Assembly: GCA_963766735.1 (NCBI GenBank)
Contig: CAVYBU010000007.1
Location: forward strand, 320,001 to 384,000
DNA from: an uncultured Chloroflexia bacterium
GTDB taxonomy: Bacteria; Chloroflexota; Limnocylindria; Limnocylindrales; CSP1-4
Reading direction: 5' to 3'
Length of the DNA stretch: 64,000 nt
This document shows positions 53,348-62,757 of this stretch, piece after piece. The notes under the pieces were generated by a model. That model saw nothing but the letters and a program-made list of their open reading frames with translations, was not told where the DNA came from and did no database searches. Position 1 is the first letter of the stretch. Each line of letters opens with the position of its first letter. The translations under genes were made by a program, and so were the position numbers.

Positions 53348-53375
53348 AGCATAGCGGACTTGCAACCGGTGTCAA
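53348..53375 (-). promoter_or_regulatory. Sigma70-type promoter of the peptide ABC operon (probably leaderless)
   Basis: TTGACA (53375-53370), 16-nt spacer, TATGCT (53353-53348), 8 nt, then ATG. Confidence 0.7.
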
Positions 53376-53471
53376 ACACGGATCCGTCGAGCACGTATGC
53401 GACAGCCGCGCGTCCCCCGAACGCCCACCTCGAACGATGGGCTCGCCGGGACGACCGGCGGCGCGGCTTGA

Positions 53472-54971
53472 TCAGTCCGGACACGGCGCGTGGGTGCCGG
53501 CCATGCCCCGCCAGCGCAGGTTCGGCTGCCGCGCGGCGGTCGCCTCGTCCAGCCGACGGACCGGGGCCGTGTGCGGGGCGCCGGTCACGGTGTCCGGCTC
53601 CGTCTCCGCCTCGCGGGCGATCTCCAGCATGGCGTCCACGAACCCGTCGAGGGTCTCGAGCGACTCGGTCTCGGTCGGCTCGATCAGCATCCCTTCCTCG
53701 ACTGTCAGCGGGAAGTAGATCGTCGGCGGGTGGTAGCCCTTGTCGATCAGCCGCTTCGCAATGTCGAGGGTGCGGACGCCCGTGCGGTGCTTGATGTCCG
53801 CGGCAGAGGCAACGAACTCGTGCTTGCACGCGCGCTCGAACGGGACGAGATACGCGGACGAGAGCCGTGCCTTGAGGTAGTTCGCGGCCAGCACGGCATC
53901 GTCGCTGACCTCGCGCAGGCCCGACGCCCCGTGGGCCCGGATGTACGCGTACGCCCGGACCAGGACGCCGGTGCTGCCGACGAAGGAGCGGATCCGCCCG
54001 ATGGACGTGGGGCGCTCCCCGTCGCGCTCGAGCCGGTAGGTGCCGCCGGGCTCGCGCAGGACGCGCGGGCTCGGCAGGAAGGGCACGAGGTTCGCCCCGA
54101 CCCCAACCGGCCCGGCACCCGGCCCGCCGCCGCCATGGGGTGTGCTGAACGTCTTGTGGACGTTGAAGTGCATGACGTCAAATCCGGCTTCGCCCGGTCG
54201 GAACCGGCCGAGGATGGCGTTCAGGTTCGCCCCGTCCATGTAGGCGAGCGCACCGGCGGCATGGGTCGCCTCGAGCAGCTCCCCGATCTGCCGCTCGAAG
54301 AGGCCGAGCGTGGACGGGTTGGTGATCATGATCGCGGCGGTCCTGGGCCCCAGGGCAGCCCTGAAGGCGTCCAGGTCCACGCCACCGTCCGACGCGGACG
54401 GGATGGTGATCGTCCGGAAGCCGGCCATCGTTGCCGTTGCCGGGTTGGTGCCGTGCGAGGAGTCCGGCACCAGAACCTCGGTGCGGTCCAGGTCCCCGCG
54501 GGACCGATGGTAGGCCCGGATCATGAGGATTCCGGTCAGCTCGCCGTGGGCCCCGGCCGCGGGCTGCAGCGTCACGGCTGCCATGCCGCTGATCTCGGCC
54601 AGCATCGCCTCCAGCTCGAACAGCAGCTCGAGCGTTCCCTGCGCCAGGGTGTCCGGCGCCATCGGGTGGAGTCCGGCGAAACCGGGCAGGCGCGCCGCCC
54701 ACTCGTTGAGCTTGGGGTTGAACTTCATCGTGCAGGAGCCCAACGGGTAGAACCCCGAGTCCACGGAGTAGTTCAGCGAGGAGAGGTTGACGTAATGACG
54801 GACGACCTCCGGCTCGGACAGCTCCGGCAGGGCGGGCGGGCTGGCGCGAAGCGCCGCGGCCGGGATCCGGTCGAGGGCATCTGCCGGCGGATGCGGGATC
54901 TTGCCGCCGCCCCGCCCGGGACGGCTGAGTTCGAACAAGGTGGGCTGCAGGCGCTCGCCGACGACGTTCAC
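53472..54971 (-). CDS. gcvPB: Glycine decarboxylase P-protein subunit 2 (canonical)
   Basis: FYPLGSCTMK, QPAAGAHGE, SHGTNPA, HFNVHKTFSTPHGGGGPG and IEPTETE motifs; GTGA overlap with subunit 1. Confidence 0.96.
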   Translation of the reverse strand: MNVVGERLQPTLFELSRPGRGGGKIPHPPADALDRIPAAALRASPPALPELSEPEVVRHYVNLSSLNYSVDSGFYPLGSCTMKFNPKLNEWAARLPGFAGLHPMAPDTLAQGTLELLFELEAMLAEISGMAAVTLQPAAGAHGELTGILMIRAYHRSRGDLDRTEVLVPDSSHGTNPATATMAGFRTITIPSASDGGVDLDAFRAALGPRTAAIMITNPSTLGLFERQIGELLEATHAAGALAYMDGANLNAILGRFRPGEAGFDVMHFNVHKTFSTPHGGGGPGAGPVGVGANLVPFLPSPRVLREPGGTYRLERDGERPTSIGRIRSFVGSTGVLVRAYAYIRAHGASGLREVSDDAVLAANYLKARLSSAYLVPFERACKHEFVASAADIKHRTGVRTLDIAKRLIDKGYHPPTIYFPLTVEEGMLIEPTETESLETLDGFVDAMLEIAREAETEPDTVTGAPHTAPVRRLDEATAARQPNLRWRGMAGTHAPCPD

Positions 54972-56356
54972 CGGACACCTCCGGCCACCGCGGCGCCGGC
55001 CAGCTCGGCCCGGAGCGCGGTTGCGAACTGCTCGATCTCGGCGGCGGTCGTGACCTCCGTCGCGCAGACCAGGAGACCGTCTGCGAGGGCCGGCTCGTCC
55101 GGCAGGAATCGAGCCGTGGGGATCCCGGCGAGGACGCCCCGGTCCAGGAGCCCCTCGTGGACGGCCTGGGCGTTCGGGACCTGGACGACGAACTCGTTGA
55201 GGTAGGCGCCCGAGTGAAGGCGCGGCACTCCGACACCCGCCAGGGCGGCCTCCAGCTCGGCGGCCCGGGACGCCCCCGTGGCGGCCACGTCCCGCAGCCC
55301 GTGGGGGCCGATCGCGGCGAGGTAGATGGACGCCGCAAGCGCCAGGAGCGCCTGGTTGGTGCAGATGTTGCTGGCCGCCTTCTCGCGGCGGATGTCCTGC
55401 TCCCGGGCCCGCATCGTCATGACGAACGCACGCCGCCCTTCCAGGTCGGTGGTCTGACCGACAAGCCGCCCGGGGATCTGGCGCACGAGCGCGTTCGTGC
55501 AGGACACGATGCCGAGATACGGTCCCCCGTACTGGAGCGGGATGCCCAGGGGCTGGCCCTCCCCGGCCGCGATGTCCGCGCCGTACTCGCCTGGGGGTGC
55601 CAGCACGGCCAGCGAGACGGGCTCGATGACGCTGACGAAGAGGGCGCCCGCATCGTGTGCGAGCCGGCCCACCTCGGGCATGTCCTCCAGCAGCCCCAGG
55701 ACGTTGGGCTGCGCCACCACGACCCCGGCCACTGGTCGGGCCGGATCGGCCAGCAGGCGGGCAAGCGCCTCGAGGTCCGTCGTTCCCGCAAGGGGCCCGT
55801 CGGCGACCAGCGGGATCTCGTCGGCGACCAGCCCGGCACCGTCCGCGTAGGTCGCGAGGGTCCCTCGGTAGTGGGGATGTACGCCACGCGACACAAGGAT
55901 CCGCTCTCGCCGGGTCGCCCGACAGGTCATGAGCGCGGCCTCGGCCGTGGCGGCGCCGCCGTCGTAATGTGAGGCGGAGACCACATCCAGGCCCGTCAGC
56001 TCGGCAAGCAGCGACTGGTACTCGTAGATGCTCTGCAGCGTGCCCTGGCTCACCTCCGGCTGGTAGGGCGTGTAGGCCGTATACCACTCCCCGCGGAGCA
56101 GCATCTGGTCCACCACTGCGGGCGTCCAGTGACGGTAGGCGCCGGCCCCCAGGAAGCTCGCCAGGTCGACGCGGTTGCGCGCCGCCAGCGCCTCGAGCCG
56201 GGCCGAGAGCGCCAGCTCGGGCTCGGGCTCGTCAAGGGCGAGCGGGCCTGCCCGCAGCGCGTCAGGGATGTCCTCGAACAGCTCGTCAACGGAGGTGATG
56301 CCGATGGTGTCGAGCATTCGCGCCCGGTCGTCGGCAGCATGCGGGCCATACGGCAT
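54968..56356 (-). CDS. gcvPA: Glycine decarboxylase P-protein subunit 1 (canonical)
   Basis: TAYTPYQPEVSQG, SHYDG and REQDIRREKAASNICTNQ motifs. Confidence 0.96.
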   Translation of the reverse strand: MPYGPHAADDRARMLDTIGITSVDELFEDIPDALRAGPLALDEPEPELALSARLEALAARNRVDLASFLGAGAYRHWTPAVVDQMLLRGEWYTAYTPYQPEVSQGTLQSIYEYQSLLAELTGLDVVSASHYDGGAATAEAALMTCRATRRERILVSRGVHPHYRGTLATYADGAGLVADEIPLVADGPLAGTTDLEALARLLADPARPVAGVVVAQPNVLGLLEDMPEVGRLAHDAGALFVSVIEPVSLAVLAPPGEYGADIAAGEGQPLGIPLQYGGPYLGIVSCTNALVRQIPGRLVGQTTDLEGRRAFVMTMRAREQDIRREKAASNICTNQALLALAASIYLAAIGPHGLRDVAATGASRAAELEAALAGVGVPRLHSGAYLNEFVVQVPNAQAVHEGLLDRGVLAGIPTARFLPDEPALADGLLVCATEVTTAAEIEQFATALRAELAGAAVAGGVR

Positions 56357-56360
56357 GCGA

Positions 56361-56741
56361 TCAGCCCTCGGCGATCAGCTGCTCGTACGCGGCGGCGTCG
56401 AGCAGGGAATCCAGCTGGGACGCGTCGGCCAGCCGCACGCGCACCAGCCATCCCTCGCCATACGGGTCCGTGTTGACGACCTCGGGCGTACCGCCCAGGT
56501 TGTCGTTACCGGCGGTCACCTCGCCGGAGACGGGCGCGAACAGGTCGCTGACTGCCTTCACGGACTCCACCACTCCGAAGGTGGCGGCCTGCTCGAGAGC
56601 CCGGCCAGTGTCCGGCAGCTCGACGAAGACGATGTCGCCCAGCTGGTCCGCCGCGTACTGGGTGATGCCGATGACGGCCTCCTCACCCTCGACGCGGATC
56701 CATTCGTGTTCCTTGGTGTAGCGCAGGTCGCCGGGGACCAT
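56361..56741 (-). CDS. gcvH: Glycine cleavage H protein
   Basis: YTKEHEW, GITQYA, ESVKAVSD (lipoyl-Lys) and DPYGEGW motifs. Confidence 0.97.
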   Translation of the reverse strand: MVPGDLRYTKEHEWIRVEGEEAVIGITQYAADQLGDIVFVELPDTGRALEQAATFGVVESVKAVSDLFAPVSGEVTAGNDNLGGTPEVVNTDPYGEGWLVRVRLADASQLDSLLDAAAYEQLIAEG

Positions 56742-56835
56742 CGGGCAGGTTCCTCCGTGGTGTACCGCGGCGGGAGCCGCGGGCTGGCGCGTGGACGTGG
56801 GTGCGAGGCGGGCGGGTCATCGGGCCCATCCGACG

Positions 56836-57945
56836 TCAGGCGGGCCGCTTGTAGAACGGAAGTGGTACGACCTCGGCGGCGACGCGGGCACCCCGGATCT
56901 CGATTGCCAGCATCGTACCGGGTTCCACATGGGCGGGGGCGACATAGGCCATCGCGATCGCCGACCCGAGCGTGGGCGACATCGTGCCGGAGGTGACGAC
57001 CCCGGTCGTGCCGGCGTCATCCAGCACGGGATACCCGTGGCGGGCGATGCCCCGCTCGCGCAGGACGAGGCCGACCAGCCGTCGACCGACGCCGTCGCGC
57101 GCCACGGCCTCGAGCGCGGCGCGACCCGTGAAGTCGCCCGGCTTGCCCAGCTTGACGACACGGCCCAGGCCGGCCTCGAAGGGGTTGGTCGTGCGGTCCA
57201 GCTCGTTGCCGTAGAGCGGCATGCCGGCCTCCAGGCGGAGCGTGTCGCGGGCGCCGAGACCCACTGGTACCAGTCCGTGTGGACGGCCGGCCTCGAGCAT
57301 GGCGTCCCAGACGGCACCCGCCTGGCCGGCGTCCACGAAGGCCTCGAAGCCGTCCTCCCCGGTGTACCCGGTGCGCGCGACCAGCGCGCGCACGCCGGCG
57401 ACGGTCCCCTCCGCGATCCCGTAGTAGCGGACGGCATCGAGGTCAAGGTCCGTGAGCGACCCGAGGACCTCCTGCGAACGCGGGCCCTGGACCGCCACCA
57501 GGCCAGTCGCCAGCGAGCGGTCGTCCAGGACCACGCGGAACCCGTCGAGGCGCTCGACGAGCGCATCGGACACGACCCGGTAGTTGGAGGCGTTGGCCAC
57601 CACCATGAACCGGTCCTCGGCCAGCCGGTAGACGATGAGGTCGTCCAGGATCCCGCCGTCGGAGGCGCAGATCATCGAGTAGTGGGCACGGCCCACCTCC
57701 AGCGCCGGCGGGTCCGTCACCAGCGCCGCCGCCAGCGCGGCGCCCGCCTCGGGACCCTCCACGAACAGCTCGCCCATGTGCGAGAGGTCGAACAGACCGG
57801 CGGCGGCGCGAACGGCCCGATGCTCCTCGAGGATGCCGGTGTACTGGATCGGCATCAGCCAGCCGGCGAACTCCACCACCTTGGCGCCCAGCGCCTCATG
57901 GCGATCGAGAAGCGGCGTGGCCAGCGGATCGGCGGGTTTGGTCAT
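56836..57945 (-). CDS. gcvT: Glycine cleavage T protein (aminomethyltransferase)
   Basis: FAGWLMP, FDLSHMG, RTGYTGEDGFE and ARDTLRLEAG motifs. Confidence 0.97.
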   Translation of the reverse strand: MTKPADPLATPLLDRHEALGAKVVEFAGWLMPIQYTGILEEHRAVRAAAGLFDLSHMGELFVEGPEAGAALAAALVTDPPALEVGRAHYSMICASDGGILDDLIVYRLAEDRFMVVANASNYRVVSDALVERLDGFRVVLDDRSLATGLVAVQGPRSQEVLGSLTDLDLDAVRYYGIAEGTVAGVRALVARTGYTGEDGFEAFVDAGQAGAVWDAMLEAGRPHGLVPVGLGARDTLRLEAGMPLYGNELDRTTNPFEAGLGRVVKLGKPGDFTGRAALEAVARDGVGRRLVGLVLRERGIARHGYPVLDDAGTTGVVTSGTMSPTLGSAIAMAYVAPAHVEPGTMLAIEIRGARVAAEVVPLPFYKRPA

Positions 57946-58424
57946 GGTTCGGTCTGCCTCGTGGTGGAGCCCGCTCCGGGGAAGGTGCCGTCGGTGGCCG
58001 CCGTGGCGGCCCGGGCGACCAGCGCCCGCTCCGTCTCGAACGTCAGCATCGTGGCGGCCTCGTCGAACCCGATCCAGCGAACCTCGTCGAACTCGTGGTC
58101 ATGGCGCGCGAGGTCTCCGCCGGTGGGGACCATCAGGAAGTAGTGGACCGTCTTGTGGATGCGCGTGCGGCCCTGCACGAACGTGTAGGCGATCGAATCG
58201 AACGGGCGGACGATGCCGACCTCGAGGCCCGATTCCTCCGTCACCTCCCGGAGCGCGGTCTCCTCGGTGGTCTCACCGGGATGCGGCGTTCCCTTGGGAA
58301 GGGTCCAGGTGACCCCATCGCGCTCACGGAGACGCTTGCCGACGACAAGCTGGGGGCCGGCCCCATCGAAGCGGATGACGATGCCGCCGGCGGAGGTGGC
58401 TGTTGCCTGTCTCAGGCGGGCCAC
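57942..58424 (-). CDS. NUDIX hydrolase (Ap4A hydrolase/MutT1-like)
   Basis: SAGGIV and WTLPKG..HPGETTEETALREVTEESG Nudix box; ATGA overlap with gcvT. Confidence 0.9.
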   Translation of the reverse strand: MARLRQATATSAGGIVIRFDGAGPQLVVGKRLRERDGVTWTLPKGTPHPGETTEETALREVTEESGLEVGIVRPFDSIAYTFVQGRTRIHKTVHYFLMVPTGGDLARHDHEFDEVRWIGFDEAATMLTFETERALVARAATAATDGTFPGAGSTTRQTEP

Positions 58425-58729
58425 GCCGGCGCCACGGACGAGCGATGTGGGCCTCCGGCGCGGTGGATGCTCGTCCAGGCCATGCCGGCCGCGTGTCGCG
58501 GGCGCCCGTTGCGGACGGGGCGGGCCGGCGCGATGGTGAGCGAGCGCCACGGCGCGCGCAGCGCGGTCAGCGGCCCCACATCCGGACGGAGGAGCACGGT
58601 GCGGCGCGGCGAGGCGGCCACGAAGACGGATCCGGGGTGCAGGCCGAGTCGCCGCTCGCGGGCCCTGGCCGACGGGTGGTTGTAGCGTGCCGGCCATGCC
58701 GCGTACCGGGCGGCGATGCTGTGCTGCAT
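58412..58729 (-). CDS. Arg/Pro-rich hypothetical protein (~105 aa)
   Basis: Strong GC bias at third codon positions and TACGAT 6 nt before ATG 58729; no recognisable motif. Confidence 0.45.
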   Translation of the reverse strand: MQHSIAARYAAWPARYNHPSARARERRLGLHPGSVFVAASPRRTVLLRPDVGPLTALRAPWRSLTIAPARPVRNGRPRHAAGMAWTSIHRAGGPHRSSVAPAWPA

Positions 58730-58746
58730 GACCGCATCGTACCGCG

Positions 58747-59808
58747 TCACGGGCTCCCCGCAAGTGCGGTACGGAGGCGTTCGGACGCTTCCGGTGACAG
58801 GGCGCCCCGCTCGATCGCGATGGCGACCGACCGGTCGACCAGGGCCCGGTACACGGGCAACGCCTCAGGGGCGCTCGCCGCCAGCGCCTCGAGGTGCATG
58901 CCCACGGTGCCCGCATCGCCGCGGATCGCCGGGCCGGTGAGCGCGGCCGCGATCCCGAGCGCACGCGCGTTGGCCACGGTCTGCTCCAGGAGCGGCAGGT
59001 AGATCCCGAGGGCGCCCGCCTCGTCCAGGCCCATGACCGCGGCCACCTCACGGATCGTGTCCAGGAGCGCGATGACGCCACCGGCCGCCAGGACGGCCGC
59101 TGCGTGGTAGGCGGCCTTGGAGCCGGTGGCCAGGCGAACCGGCACCCCGCCGATGGCCTCCGCCATGTCCGCGAGGTGCGCGACCAGCTCGTCGTCGCCC
59201 TCGATCGCGATCGTCGCGCCAGGGATGGCCGCGAGCGCCCGGTCCAGGTCGGCGAACGCCACCAGCGGGTGGAACGCCCCGGCCTGTGTCCCGGCCGCCA
59301 TCGCCGGCCGGAGCACCTCGGCGCCCAGCAGGCCGCTCGTGTGGATCATCGCCTGGCCCGCGTACATGCGCAGGGACGCAGCGAGCGACGGCAGGACGTC
59401 GTCCGGCACCGCGAGGATGACCAGCTCCACGTCGTCCAGCAGCGCTTCGGGCTCCGCGAACGCACGGACCTCCGGGACGTGCTCCCGGAATCGTTCGCGG
59501 CGGGCGAGGTCCCGCGACGCAACCGCGCCCACCGGCCAGCCGGCGCGGTGCAGCGCGACGCCGAGGGCCAGGCCCACGGCCCCGGCGCCGACGATCCCGG
59601 TGACCGGGCGTTCGCCGGGCGTCGAGTGCACGTGCGGGTGATCGTGATCGCTCTCGTGTTCGAGGTCCCCGTGTCGGTGCCGCCCGGGCACCGGGGGATC
59701 CAGGGCGATCCCCTCCTCCTCGATCTCCGCGAGCGTCTCCTCGTGGCTGGCGGCCCGTCGCTCGGCTGCGCGGAGGGCCGCGGCCTCGGCCTCGTCCCAG
59801 GCTCTCAT
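58747..59808 (-). CDS. Rossmann-like plus DUF2520 domain protein (PanG-like putative ketopantoate reductase) with His-rich N-terminal extension
   Basis: GIVGAGAVG, LAVPDD, HTSG, FHPL, YHAAA and LTGPAIRGD motifs. Confidence 0.85.
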   Translation of the reverse strand: MRAWDEAEAAALRAAERRAASHEETLAEIEEEGIALDPPVPGRHRHGDLEHESDHDHPHVHSTPGERPVTGIVGAGAVGLALGVALHRAGWPVGAVASRDLARRERFREHVPEVRAFAEPEALLDDVELVILAVPDDVLPSLAASLRMYAGQAMIHTSGLLGAEVLRPAMAAGTQAGAFHPLVAFADLDRALAAIPGATIAIEGDDELVAHLADMAEAIGGVPVRLATGSKAAYHAAAVLAAGGVIALLDTIREVAAVMGLDEAGALGIYLPLLEQTVANARALGIAAALTGPAIRGDAGTVGMHLEALAASAPEALPVYRALVDRSVAIAIERGALSPEASERLRTALAGSP

Positions 59809-59924
59809 CGGACGGGCTCGCAACCCGGGAAACGGCTCTTGTTGTACATTTGCACCCGACGAGTGTAGCGAGCGGTCAGAGGGCGCACCCTCATCGCCCG
59901 ATCCCCATAGTGGAGATTGAGCAC

Positions 59925-62600
59925 ATGACCACGCCCAGCGCATTCGGCGCCCGCTCCCCCCTCGGCGCCGGCCTCCCCGACCACTACCGGCTATCCGTCC
60001 TCACCACGTCCGGACTCGAGCTGGGCGTGGACCTCGGCCGGGCGCCGATGACCCTCAAGATCCTGCTGGAGAACGTGCTCCGCCACGCTGGCGATGGCAT
60101 CGTGCGGGAGGAGGACGTCGCAACCCTCGCGGCGTGGCGACCGGGCGCGGGGGGCGAGGCCGAGGTGCCGTTCATGCCCGGCCGTGTCGTGCTCCAGGAC
60201 TTCACCGGCGTGCCGGCGGTGGTGGACCTGGCGGCGATGCGCGACGCGATGGCAGGGCTCGGCGGCGATCCCGCGCGGGTGAACCCTCTCGTGCCCGCGG
60301 ATCTCATCATCGACCACTCGGTCCAGATCGACGCATGGGGCGGCCCCGGTGCGTTGGCGTTCAACATGGAGCGCGAGTACGAGCGCAACGGCGAGCGCTA
60401 CCAGCTGCTGCGCTGGGCCCAGACGGCATTCCGGGACCTGCGGGTGGTCCCGCCGGGGACGGGCATCATCCACCAGGTCAACCTCGAGCACCTGGCCACG
60501 GTCGTGGCGGACCGCACGGACGACGGCGGGCGGGTCGCCTTCCCGGACACCCTCGTCGGGACGGATTCCCACACCACGATGATCAACGGGCTCGGCGTCC
60601 TGGGCTACGGCGTGGGCGGGATCGAGGCCGAGGCCGTGCTGCTCGGCCAGCCGCTGTACCAGCCGATGCCGCGGATCGTGGGCGTGCGCCTGCACGGCGA
60701 GCTGCCCAGGGCCGCGACCGCCACCGACCTCGTGCTCGTCATCACCGAGATGCTGCGCGCGTTCGGCGTGGTCGGGTCGTTCGTGGAGTTCGCCGGGGAC
60801 GGCCTCGCCGGGTTGTCGCTGGCGGACCGGGCCACGATCTCGAACATGAGCCCGGAGTTCGGGGCAACCTCCACGCTCTTCCCCATCGACGACGAGACGC
60901 TCGCCTACCTCCGTCTCACGGGCCGCCCGGCGGAACGCGTGGCCCTCGTGGAGCGCTATGCGAAGGCCCAGGGCCTGTGGCGCGAGCCCGGCCACGGGCC
61001 GGAGTTCGACGTCGCCCTCGAGCTGGACCTCGGCACCGTGGAGCCCTCGCTCGCGGGGCCGCGGCGCCCGCAGGACCGCGTCGGCCTCGCCGGCGTCGGC
61101 GACAACTTCCGCGCGGCGTACCCGGATACCGTCGGCACGACGCCGGTTGTCGTCGAGACGGCCAGCGGTCCCGCGCAGGTCGGCCACGGGACCGTGACCA
61201 TCGCCGCCATCACCTCCTGCACCAACACATCGAACCCGATGGTCATGGTGGGTGCCGGCCTCCTGGCGCGGAACGCCGTCGCCCGTGGGCTGTCCGTCTC
61301 CCCCGTCGTGAAGACCTCGCTGGCCCCGGGCTCCAGGGCCGTCACCGGCTACCTCGAGCGGGCAGGTCTCATCGAGCCGCTCGCGGACCTCGGCTTCGCC
61401 CTGGCCGGCTACGGCTGCACGACCTGCATCGGCAACTCGGGTCCCCTCGACGAGCCCGTGGCGCAGGCGATCGACTCCGGCGAGCTCGTGGTGGCGGCCG
61501 TGCTGTCAGGCAATCGCAACTTCGAGGGACGGGTCCACGCGCTCGTCCGGGCCGCCTACCTCGCCTCGCCGCCCCTCGTGGTGGCGTTCGCCCTGGCCGG
61601 CCGCGTTGACATTGACCTCACGACCCAGCCTCTTGGCACCGACTCCGACGGGTCGCCGGTCATGCTGTCCGAGATCTGGCCGACGCCGGAGGAGGTGCGG
61701 CAGGTCGTGGGCGACACGATCGACGCGGAGCTCTTCCGGGCCACGTACGCCTCGGTGTTCGACGGCGACGAGCGCTGGCAGGCGATCGAGGTCCCGGACG
61801 GCGACCGCTACGCCTGGGAGGCCGCCTCGACCTATATCGCGAACCCGCCCTTCTTCCAGGGGCTCACCGCGGAACCCGAACCCCTGGTCGACATCGAGGG
61901 CGCCCGTGTCCTGGCGCTGCTCGGCGACTCCGTCACGACGGACCACATCAGCCCAGCGGGCTCGATCGCCGCCTGGTCGCCGGCCGGACGGTGGCTGCAG
62001 GAGCAGGGCGTCGCACCGCTCGACTTCAACTCGTACGGAGCCCGTCGCGGGCACCACGAGGTGATGATGCGGGGGACCTTCGGCAACATCCGGCTCCGCA
62101 ACAGGCTGGTCGAGGGCAAGGAGGGGCCGTACACGGTCCACCTGCCCGACGGCGAGCAGACCTTCATCTACGACGCGGCGATGCGCTACCGGGACGATGG
62201 TGTCCCGCTCGTGATCGTTGCGGGCCGCGAGTACGGCTCCGGTTCCTCGCGCGACTGGGCGGCCAAGGGAACCGCGCTCCTGGGGGTTCGCGCCGTGATC
62301 GCCGAGAGCTACGAGCGGATCCACCGCTCCAACCTCGTCGGGATGGGCGTGCTGCCGCTCCAGTTCCTGCCGGGCGAGAGCGCCTCGTCGCTGGGACTCA
62401 CCGGACGGGAGGCCCTCACGATCACGGGGCTCTCGGACATCTCGCCACGCCAGGTCGTGACCATCCTGGCGCGCTCGGATGAAGACGCATCGGAACGGAC
62501 ATTCCGGGCGATCGCCCGCCTGGACGGCCCGATCGACGTGGAGTACCTGCGCCAGGGCGGCATCCTGCCGGCAGTGCTTCGGCGGCTGGCCGCGGGCTGA
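59925..62600 (+). CDS. acnA: Aconitate hydratase A
   Basis: QDFTGVP, IDHSVQ, GTDSHT, SCTNTSN, GCTTCIGNSG, TTDHISP and GSGSSRDWAAKG motifs. Confidence 0.97.
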   Translation: MTTPSAFGARSPLGAGLPDHYRLSVLTTSGLELGVDLGRAPMTLKILLENVLRHAGDGIVREEDVATLAAWRPGAGGEAEVPFMPGRVVLQDFTGVPAVVDLAAMRDAMAGLGGDPARVNPLVPADLIIDHSVQIDAWGGPGALAFNMEREYERNGERYQLLRWAQTAFRDLRVVPPGTGIIHQVNLEHLATVVADRTDDGGRVAFPDTLVGTDSHTTMINGLGVLGYGVGGIEAEAVLLGQPLYQPMPRIVGVRLHGELPRAATATDLVLVITEMLRAFGVVGSFVEFAGDGLAGLSLADRATISNMSPEFGATSTLFPIDDETLAYLRLTGRPAERVALVERYAKAQGLWREPGHGPEFDVALELDLGTVEPSLAGPRRPQDRVGLAGVGDNFRAAYPDTVGTTPVVVETASGPAQVGHGTVTIAAITSCTNTSNPMVMVGAGLLARNAVARGLSVSPVVKTSLAPGSRAVTGYLERAGLIEPLADLGFALAGYGCTTCIGNSGPLDEPVAQAIDSGELVVAAVLSGNRNFEGRVHALVRAAYLASPPLVVAFALAGRVDIDLTTQPLGTDSDGSPVMLSEIWPTPEEVRQVVGDTIDAELFRATYASVFDGDERWQAIEVPDGDRYAWEAASTYIANPPFFQGLTAEPEPLVDIEGARVLALLGDSVTTDHISPAGSIAAWSPAGRWLQEQGVAPLDFNSYGARRGHHEVMMRGTFGNIRLRNRLVEGKEGPYTVHLPDGEQTFIYDAAMRYRDDGVPLVIVAGREYGSGSSRDWAAKGTALLGVRAVIAESYERIHRSNLVGMGVLPLQFLPGESASSLGLTGREALTITGLSDISPRQVVTILARSDEDASERTFRAIARLDGPIDVEYLRQGGILPAVLRRLAAG

Positions 62601-62669
62601 CAGATCTGGCGGGCCATGGCGGCGGGGCGGCCACGGCGGCCATCCACGATCGCGAGTTCCCAGACGCCG

Positions 62670-62700
62670 AGAGGCCCCTCGACGAACGCGAGGGGCCTCT
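62670..62700. terminator. Probable bidirectional terminator between acnA and the MFS gene
   Basis: 12-bp stem AGAGGCCCCTCG/CGAGGGGCCTCT between convergent genes. Confidence 0.7.
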
Positions 62701-62757
62701 CGATCTACGGTCCAACCTCGTCAGGCGGGGAGGAGGTCCGCTGGGCGAGGAGGTTGC

